NCBI GenBank assembly: GCA_051874735.1
Contig: JBJEGD010000003.1
Span: forward strand, 1 to 64,000
Source of the DNA: Candidatus Bruticola sp.
Lineage (GTDB): Bacteria; Vulcanimicrobiota; Xenobia; Xenobiales; Xenobiaceae
Direction of reading: 5' to 3'
Length of the DNA stretch: 64,000 nucleotides
Position numbers and translations under genes: made by a program. The notes below the pieces were generated by a model that was not told the DNA's origin, searched no databases, and saw only the letters and a list, made by a program, of their open reading frames with translations. This document shows positions 51,358 to 58,520 of this stretch, one piece after another (position 1 is the stretch's first letter; every line of letters starts with the position of its first letter).

Positions 51358-52153
51358 AAATCTTTATCTGACTGTCTATATTTAGCTCGGAAGCGCTTTC
51401 CTCTATATAAATTTTACTGTCCAAATTTTGACAGCAGACCTCCTCCAAAGCTTTTATAGTATCGTACATAAACTGCGCTTTAGTGTAGCAAGCCAAGTTG
51501 TTCTTACTAGGACGACGTCCAAAATCACTGGCAGCTAAACCTATACAGTGCACTATAGGCCAAAGTTCTCGCAAAGTACAACTTTCTTCAGACTTAGATA
51601 AAACGGCCCAGGCATTATAGAGACGATTTAAGGCTAGTTTAGCAGCAGTGCGTTTACTATTTAATTCGGTTTCAAGATTAATCAAATTGGAAGCTACAGT
51701 CCCAGCTTCAGGCGGCCATCCCTCTGCGGCTAACACCCCGCCTAACAAGACAGATACACCATTCTGACTTTCATTAAAAGACAGGCGAAACAGCCCTATA
51801 GGCAATAAAGGCAGAGGCTGACCGGGTATAACGGACAGGGCGCCGCTAATGCGAGCCTCATCGAGCTTGCAGCAATCAAATCCGAGAGCAGAAGCTTCAG
51901 AGCTAAGTTCAGCGGCAAAATTAGATATTTCTGCCGATAATTTCGCACTAACTTGTTGCTTCAAAACCTCAAGATTGACAGACTGCACCGAACTATCGAA
52001 ATTAAGTTCAAGCCGACACAAGCCTCTGCCCGGCCGAGCCTCTAAAGACTTCAAGGCAGACAGCTGCTTACGGATAAGCTTAAGATAAGACTCAGCTTTA
52101 CTTGCAGCTTCTGCCAACTTTATTTGCAAGGCGTCTCTATTAGTTGCCACCAT
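51329..52153 (-). CDS. Hypothetical protein, paralogue of 50365-51357
   Basis: 274-aa ORF starting 6 bp after the glmM stop and overlapping the next gene. Confidence 0.75.
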   Translation of the reverse strand: MVATNRDALQIKLAEAASKAESYLKLIRKQLSALKSLEARPGRGLCRLELNFDSSVQSVNLEVLKQQVSAKLSAEISNFAAELSSEASALGFDCCKLDEARISGALSVIPGQPLPLLPIGLFRLSFNESQNGVSVLLGGVLAAEGWPPEAGTVASNLINLETELNSKRTAAKLALNRLYNAWAVLSKSEESCTLRELWPIVHCIGLAASDFGRRPSKNNLACYTKAQFMYDTIKALEEVCCQNLDSKIYIEESASELNIDSQIKIYVNGGMDGR

Positions 52154-52159
52154 AATTGC

Positions 52160-53527
52160 CTAACAAGAACAGCACTCTGACACAACCTGACAAACGCTGT
52201 CCACTAATCCTTTCAATTCAGGCAAAGAAGGCCCTTCGGCCATAACTCTAATTAAATTTTCTGTACCGGAAGGACGTATTAACAAGCGTCCCTTACCCTG
52301 AAGCGCATCTTCCACGCTCTTGACCGCTTCCAAAACGCGCTCATGCTGATTCCAAGTATGTTTATCTTTAACTTTTACATTAACCATGTATTGCGGTTTT
52401 TTAACTACAGCTTCAGCTAATTTAGATAAAGGCTGAGCGGCGTCCTTTATAATCTGGCTAAGCATAACACCAGTCACCAAACCGTCACCCGTAGTAGCAT
52501 AATCTAAAAATATAATGTGACCAGACTGTTCTCCACCTAACACAGATCCAGTACGGCGCATCTCTTCAAGAACGTAGCGATCACCAACGGCAGTTCTCGT
52601 CATTTCAAAGCCATTTTCCCGGCAAGCTTCTTCCAAGCCAAGATTAGCCATAACCGTAGTAACCAAACGTTTCCCGGGCAGATGGCCGCTCCGCTCTAAC
52701 CATTTAGCGAATAAAAGAAGCATATGATCGCCATCAATCATTTGACCTAATTCATCGCAAGCTAAACATCTGTCGGCATCACCATCGAAACAGAGACCGA
52801 AATCAGCTTCTAAATCGACTACTACCTTCTGCATAGATTCAGGGTGCGTAGAACCGCACTGATTGTTAATATTGGTACCGTTGGGGTACCGATGAAGTAC
52901 AGTTACTTCAGCCCCTAAATTGCGGAAAATACCTTCAGCTAAAGCGGAAGACGCACCGTTGGCGCAATCTAACACGATCTTTAAGCCATCTAAACGCAGT
53001 TTAGCCAAACTCTCAATGTAGCGAGCATACTCCCGCTGAGCCTCTTGACCGCTGATAATGGCGCCTATATTGGCCTCAACAGCCCTGGGCAGCTCATCAC
53101 TTTTACCAATAAGATCCTCAAGTTCATCTTCCTGTTCATCGCTAAGTTTATAACCATCAGCTCCTATCAACTTTAGACCATTATCGTAAAAAGGATTGTG
53201 ACTAGCCGAAACCACACAACCGCCCTGAGTATTGTAGCGCCTAATCGCCCAAGCGACACCAGGAGTAGGAATAATATCTAAACACAAAGCATTTACGCCA
53301 GAGCTAATCAGTCCACAGACATAACTATTTTGCAGCAGCTGACCGCTAACGCGCGTATCCCGCCCCACCGCAATGACAGGCCTTCTGCAAGTTTCAGCAG
53401 AACTACTGCTTTGAAACTGTTCCTTTACTAAATATCCATGAGCTCGCCCTACTTTGAAAGCTAACTCCGGAGTAAGAGTGTCATTTGCTCGACCACGAAT
53501 TCCATCAGTGCCAAATAAACGCGCCAT
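52160..53527 (-). CDS. glmM: Phosphoglucosamine mutase
   Basis: LFGTDGIRG, SASHNP, DGDADR, GGEQSGH and RPSGTE motifs. Confidence 0.96.
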   Translation of the reverse strand: MARLFGTDGIRGRANDTLTPELAFKVGRAHGYLVKEQFQSSSSAETCRRPVIAVGRDTRVSGQLLQNSYVCGLISSGVNALCLDIIPTPGVAWAIRRYNTQGGCVVSASHNPFYDNGLKLIGADGYKLSDEQEDELEDLIGKSDELPRAVEANIGAIISGQEAQREYARYIESLAKLRLDGLKIVLDCANGASSALAEGIFRNLGAEVTVLHRYPNGTNINNQCGSTHPESMQKVVVDLEADFGLCFDGDADRCLACDELGQMIDGDHMLLLFAKWLERSGHLPGKRLVTTVMANLGLEEACRENGFEMTRTAVGDRYVLEEMRRTGSVLGGEQSGHIIFLDYATTGDGLVTGVMLSQIIKDAAQPLSKLAEAVVKKPQYMVNVKVKDKHTWNQHERVLEAVKSVEDALQGKGRLLIRPSGTENLIRVMAEGPSLPELKGLVDSVCQVVSECCSC

Positions 53528-53749
53528 AACTAAACTTATCTCTCACATTTCTATACAAACGGATCGATCTAAGAGATACCGCCGACAAAAAAATTTTAAG
53601 CTCGCGCCTTCAATATTCGCTTATATTATCCCTGCCCAATATGAACTGCGGATCAACAGTATGCTTAACAGACATTGCGCATAAGTTCTTTCCCCTCACC
53701 CCTCAGTCAGCGCCGCTGTCAGTCCAAAAGTGCAGACAAAAACAATGCT

Positions 53750-54712
53750 TCAACTTTTTCCGTCGGTAGCTTCCTGAACGGCCAACGGCTCCACAGTCAC
53801 TGTAACCTGATTTTGGGGCACACCGTACGCTCTGTATTTACTAGGTATGAGCAGTTTTACTTTCCGACTTACAGATTTACCTGCGTACTTCAAAACGCAT
53901 TTTTCTACTTCTAAGCTATCTAAAGAAGCGTTTTCAATGTCGTCACCGCTAAGATAAACCTCTTCAGGAATTACATTGACTTGGTACACCTCTCCGCTGC
54001 TACTCTCAACCTGGATATTATTTAAACTTACCTGAACTTTGCGAACGGGATAAGCAGGTATAGTAACAAAAACGCTGTTTGTGTAAATTTCTACGTTGTC
54101 AACCTTCTTGCCATTGACGTCGACGGCAGTGAGCGTGACCGCTCTAGTACTAAAACTAGATTTGATGCCAGAAATAGAGATAGGTACAGAGACAAAAGCT
54201 ACCTTATCTACATCTTCCATACTGCCTACTATGCGCACCTTACTTGGCTCAACTATAGGATTTTCCAAACGACAACTGTCACTTGCTTTGCCTATAAGAC
54301 CTATTTTAACGGGTACGCTGGCAAAAGTACGCTCAGAAACGGCAGCCCATACGTGGCTGGGCTCTACTTGGGAAATCTCGGCTCCTCCAGGAGCCATAGC
54401 ATCGACAGCTTCTAAACTAGTTCCAGGTTTAGTTCTCTTACTTAAATCGACTACTACGGAAATGAGCTTAGGATCGATACGATCAATTACATTTTTAGTT
54501 CCGCTAATAGTCACGGTCACTTCTTTGGGATTAATCGAGCTAATTAAATCGTTATTATTAGGGGTAAGAATATCTATAGGTTTAGTGTAAACGCGCTGAG
54601 CTGGCAGTTCGCTAATAGGTTTCGCTAGAGTTTTTACTAACACGGCTGTAACTACAGCCATGAAAAAGGCCAGCATTTTTAAACCGAAATTACTGCGCAG
54701 ACGGGCAAACAT
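53750..54712 (-). CDS. cdaR: YbbR/CdaR family regulator
   Basis: N-terminal TM, repeated P..V.V.G YbbR-like domains, located between cdaA and glmM. Confidence 0.85.
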   Translation of the reverse strand: MFARLRSNFGLKMLAFFMAVVTAVLVKTLAKPISELPAQRVYTKPIDILTPNNNDLISSINPKEVTVTISGTKNVIDRIDPKLISVVVDLSKRTKPGTSLEAVDAMAPGGAEISQVEPSHVWAAVSERTFASVPVKIGLIGKASDSCRLENPIVEPSKVRIVGSMEDVDKVAFVSVPISISGIKSSFSTRAVTLTAVDVNGKKVDNVEIYTNSVFVTIPAYPVRKVQVSLNNIQVESSSGEVYQVNVIPEEVYLSGDDIENASLDSLEVEKCVLKYAGKSVSRKVKLLIPSKYRAYGVPQNQVTVTVEPLAVQEATDGKS

Positions 54713-55579
54713 CTACTCGTTTCCTCCGATCGCATCGCCAATAGTACGGAAAATATTGAAAGTACCAAACCGGCGGCGTTTATCTTTATTCCATTCAGCC
54801 ATAAGCTCTCTAGCCAAAGCCTTACGAACTTGCGCTTCTTCAACCATAGGCTGACTAAAAGTTCCGTCTTTGGCAATACGTATTTCTCCAGTTTCTTCAG
54901 AGACTACAACCACAATAGAATCACTCTGTTCAGTTATACCTATAGCGGCCCTATGCCTGGTGCCGAAGCGTGAATCTACTACAGAATCGGTAAGAGGTAA
55001 GTAACAGGCCGCCGCCAGCAGACAACCATCACGAATTACTACAGCTCCATCGTGTAAAGGTGTTTTGGGACGGAAAATAGTCTGCAGCAATTTAGCAGAT
55101 ATAAAACCGTTAACTATCTGGCCAGTTTCAACTACTTCCTGTAAACCGGTTTCCTGCTCTAAAACGATCAGAGCTCCAAAACGCGTAGTTGAAAGATTGT
55201 AAGCAGCCAAAGCTATTTCATCAATTATGCGCTTTAATTCTTCCTGACCGACCTCACTTATGCCGTTAGACGCTATTAACCCTTGCTGCCCTAAACGGGT
55301 TAACGCCCGGCGCAGTTCAGGTTGAAAGACAACTGGCAAAGCCACCAAAGTAGAGACTAAAATACCGTTAAGTATATAACTGAGCGTCTGTAGTCTGGCA
55401 AAATAAGCAATACCTTGCAGAATTAACAAAGCAGCAATGCCCTGAAGAATCTGCAAAGCTCTCGTCCCTTTTATAAGTAACAGAACGTAATAGAAAAAAA
55501 CTGAAACCAGAATTACATCTATAAAATCCCAATAAGTTAAATCTCGAAGTAAAGCGTATACTCGTTCAAGCAAACTCAA
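54713..55579 (-). CDS. cdaA: Diadenylate cyclase CdaA
   Basis: 3 TMs, FQPELRRAL, HDGA and GTRHRAA motifs. Confidence 0.95.
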   Translation of the reverse strand: MSLLERVYALLRDLTYWDFIDVILVSVFFYYVLLLIKGTRALQILQGIAALLILQGIAYFARLQTLSYILNGILVSTLVALPVVFQPELRRALTRLGQQGLIASNGISEVGQEELKRIIDEIALAAYNLSTTRFGALIVLEQETGLQEVVETGQIVNGFISAKLLQTIFRPKTPLHDGAVVIRDGCLLAAACYLPLTDSVVDSRFGTRHRAAIGITEQSDSIVVVVSEETGEIRIAKDGTFSQPMVEEAQVRKALARELMAEWNKDKRRRFGTFNIFRTIGDAIGGNE

Positions 55580-55671
55580 CCTGCCCCAAGAAGGAAAAGA
55601 ATAGAAAGCAGTCCTATTTTCACCCGTCTGTACTGAAAACAGTCTCCGAAGCTATTATTCAGACACATCTT

Positions 55672-56280
55672 TCATTTTGATGATAAATACGGCAATAAAC
55701 GGCGTATGCACAACCCAGCAGCGCCACAGCTAATCAGACATTTTATAAAATTAAAGGGGAGAGCTGCTCCAATTAAGTAGGTACCTACAGACATTGTCAT
55801 AATATCGGTAAAAAATTTCTGTAGTATCAAATAAATCAGAAAATTGACCGGTATCATGACTATTGTAGTAATAACCGTTCCCAACAGCATAGCCGTGCAC
55901 AAGCGCTTATAAGAAAAATCTTCACCGCGAGATAAATTATAGAACTTAGCCGAAGTGCAGACAATAAGCAGACCGGTGATCAGGTTAGCCGGCACCCCTA
56001 TAAGCTGCAGAGGGTTAAAATGCAAAATCATAAAAATAAAGCATTTGATCAGCTCTACCGCTGCTCCAGCTGCAGGTCCCAAAGAGAAAGCAGCCACTAA
56101 AGCCGGAACTTCCGAAAAATCGTAAGTTAGAAAAGGCGCCATGGGCAAAATCGGCAATCTGACAGTAAGCATAAGCATGAGTGCTAAAGCTGACAGTGTG
56201 GAAATTTTCAACCAATCGGCCAAACTAAACAAAGCAGAATGGCTGCGTTCAGAGGAAGTAGGCATTTTATTGGCCGCCAT
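55672..56280 (-). CDS. ECF transporter S component (RibU-like)
   Basis: PFLTYDFSEVPAL, GP..G..VELIK and LPFNFIK motifs. Confidence 0.85.
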   Translation of the reverse strand: MAANKMPTSSERSHSALFSLADWLKISTLSALALMLMLTVRLPILPMAPFLTYDFSEVPALVAAFSLGPAAGAAVELIKCFIFMILHFNPLQLIGVPANLITGLLIVCTSAKFYNLSRGEDFSYKRLCTAMLLGTVITTIVMIPVNFLIYLILQKFFTDIMTMSVGTYLIGAALPFNFIKCLISCGAAGLCIRRLLPYLSSK

Positions 56281-56626
56281 GATTTTGTTGAGAATTCTCT
56301 TCAGTCGACGTCATAGATAAGTCGATCCAACGCAGATAGTCTTCGCTACTAGCTCCTAAAGGTAAAGAAACTATTTCGGGGATATCATAAGAGTGAAGTT
56401 GTTTTATAGTTGCAATTAAACTTTTTAGTTTATCTTCCCTAGTTTTCATGAGCATGAGAGTCTCACAACATTCTTCAATTTTACCTTCCCACCAGTATAT
56501 AGAGGAAATTTTAGGAACCAAATTAACACAAGCTGCCAAACGACTTTCTAAAACACGGAGAGCTATTGATTTAGCTTCATAGGCCGACGACACAGTGACC
56601 AAAACCACATAATAAGCTGAGTCCAT
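56267..56626 (-). CDS. cutA: Divalent cation tolerance protein CutA
   Basis: LAACVN, SIYWWEGKIE and LHSYDIPEI motifs. Confidence 0.93.
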   Translation of the reverse strand: MDSAYYVVLVTVSSAYEAKSIALRVLESRLAACVNLVPKISSIYWWEGKIEECCETLMLMKTREDKLKSLIATIKQLHSYDIPEIVSLPLGASSEDYLRWIDLSMTSTEENSQQNHGGQ

Positions 56627-56683
56627 TAATTTTTCTCCAGAATTTAGTTTTCAGAGGCTGCCCCAACCAACAAAAATTTATTT

Positions 56684-57325
56684 TCAGCGGCTGCGGCCGC
56701 GCTTTAGTTTTTTTCCTGCTCTCTTTTCTGACAAATGTCCAGGCAGATCGGTAACATCGGCTATAACAATAACTGACGACAGCTTGTAATATTTAGATGA
56801 TTCATAAGTCCAAAGGTTTCCCTTGGTGTGAAAGGCATAGCCAAATTCTAAAAGATTGTACTGTTCATCAACTATTAAAATACCGACCTGACAAACCTTA
56901 ACAGTATCAAAAGCGGTGACCTCTATTCTATCACCGCGGCATCCGTTATATTTACTTAAATTTATGCGACTAATTTCTGGGGGAGTAAAAAAATCGCGAG
57001 CCGCTAGTTCCAAAGGAGTCATGCCCAACTTCTGAGCGGCGTTGATATATTCGGGACGGAATTGAGCCTTTTCAGCATAAGCCAGGGCGTCTTGAAAACA
57101 TCCCCAACACATGTTGTCGGCCTCCCAACTCTCTCCGTTAGGATGAATAAGGCGATGAACTTTGTCGGAAGAGACTTCTAGAGGTAAAAAACGCTCCTCA
57201 GAACCATCTTCTATGTATTCGGCAGATAATTTACTTGAGGCCTCCCCCCTTTCCGCACCAGAAACCGGAGGGATACCATTTTTATTATTTTCACTATTCA
57301 AACTGTTAAAGCAGTCGGCTGACAA
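56684..57325 (-). CDS. Hypothetical protein with a probable beta-sandwich C-terminus
   Basis: 213-aa ORF with DFF.PPEI, GDRI.V.A.D and TDLPG blocks. Confidence 0.65.
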   Translation of the reverse strand: MSADCFNSLNSENNKNGIPPVSGAERGEASSKLSAEYIEDGSEERFLPLEVSSDKVHRLIHPNGESWEADNMCWGCFQDALAYAEKAQFRPEYINAAQKLGMTPLELAARDFFTPPEISRINLSKYNGCRGDRIEVTAFDTVKVCQVGILIVDEQYNLLEFGYAFHTKGNLWTYESSKYYKLSSVIVIADVTDLPGHLSEKRAGKKLKRGRSR

Positions 57326-57557
57326 TTTGACCGTACCTCTTATAAGAAAAATATCAAATTTTATGCGTTGTTACAGCCTAAGTTCCCAAAGCAGCGACAA
57401 TAGGACGACCTTAGAATCTGTGGATTACAACTCTCCGACCCCTACGGCTGAGAATTACCTTTCACATAAAAAAAAGTTGCTCCTGCTAGAAACTTTAAGC
57501 GATCGTAACCTTATCTATCAAAAAAAATTAAAAAAAATTTTTTTTCTAGTTTCAGAG

Positions 57558-57584
57558 GAAGGATTTATATACAGACAATAGAAT
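57558..57584 (+). promoter_or_regulatory. Possible sigmaH-like promoter
   Basis: GAAGGATTT-N11-ATAGAAT matches the B. subtilis sigmaH consensus RNAGGAWWW-N11/12-RNNGAAT and ends about 10 nt before the riboswitch. Confidence 0.4.
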
Positions 57585-57593
57585 AATCTATTC

Positions 57594-57690
57594 ACCAGGC
57601 AGGGGAGTCGGTGTTCTCCGGCTGAGATGGCAGCGTAAGCTGTCTACCCTTAGAACCTGATCCAGGTAATGCTGGCGAAGGGAGCTTGGT
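57594..57690 (+). ncRNA. TPP riboswitch (THI box)
   Basis: AGGGG..GCTGAGA..ACCCTTAGAACCTGATCCAGGTAATGCTGGCGAAGGGAG, with P1 formed by accaggc/gcttggt. Confidence 0.93.
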
Positions 57691-57766
57691 TTTTTTCTTT
57701 TATGTGCGTTTTCAACTACTACAAAAGTAGTGACGAATAATTAAATTATTTCTGTGTGGGAGAATT

Positions 57767-58210
57767 ATGGCAGATAGTCCTGTTAACGGCCAGAGCGGTT
57801 CGACAAATGGCAACGAAGACGTATTCGCCCAGCTGCGCAGACTCGCTGAAATAAGTCATCAGATTGAACAGCACGCGCGCATGCAGGCTTCGGCTTACAA
57901 TTTTGTCCAAGCCGGAGAGATTAAACGCCGCATCGATGAGCTAACGGAAAATCAGAATAGACTGATTATGGATATTGTGGGTCGTCACCCTAACTCAGAA
58001 GTGCGTGATAGATTTGTCAAGCTAGCCCATAAGATAGACGACTACCGCCCCCAAATAAAATCCTGCGAAGATCCTGAAGAGCTAAAAAAGCTGCGTAAAG
58101 AAATTGACGAGGCTGTCGACGACTGGATTTATCAGTTCCAGACTATTGTGTCCGAAATTGTGGGAGTAAAGCCTCCAGATCAGCCCATTCAGGGGGAAAG
58201 TCCTTTTTAA
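57767..58210 (+). CDS. Hypothetical helical protein with a UVR-like motif
   Basis: GGGAG RBS; ASAYNFVQAGEIKRRIDEL resembles the UvrB/UvrC UVR motif. Confidence 0.8.
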   Translation: MADSPVNGQSGSTNGNEDVFAQLRRLAEISHQIEQHARMQASAYNFVQAGEIKRRIDELTENQNRLIMDIVGRHPNSEVRDRFVKLAHKIDDYRPQIKSCEDPEELKKLRKEIDEAVDDWIYQFQTIVSEIVGVKPPDQPIQGESPF

Positions 58211-58520
58211 GTTTTTAGATTAACTGCTGTACACATTCGTATTACCCGTACAATTAAGCAAGGAAAGCTCCGCTTCTCGATTGGAAAAGTAAGGAGCTTT
58301 TTATATTTTAAAGATAATTGACAACTATGATAAACAGATGAGTCTACCGTCAATTAAAAATAAACTTAAATGCCTAATTTTCTTTATCAAAAATGAGAAA
58401 ATTCGATAATATTTTTTATGGAACAGAAAGTTTTTAGCCTTAAGAATGGAAATAAATCCAGATCGTTTTTGATACAAAAAAACTGTCAAAGTTCAGCAGC
58501 TAAGCGATGAAAGGTTTACC

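Noticed and set aside
43907-52153. Calling the cassette canonical BREX type 2 or Shango
   Set aside because: No PglW, PglX, PglY, PglZ or TerB-like gene was recognised, and there are three ATPases rather than one.
57162-57581. 139-aa plus-strand ORF and the other short overlapping ORFs in the track
   Set aside because: They are antisense or out of frame to well-supported genes, with no RBS or motif support.
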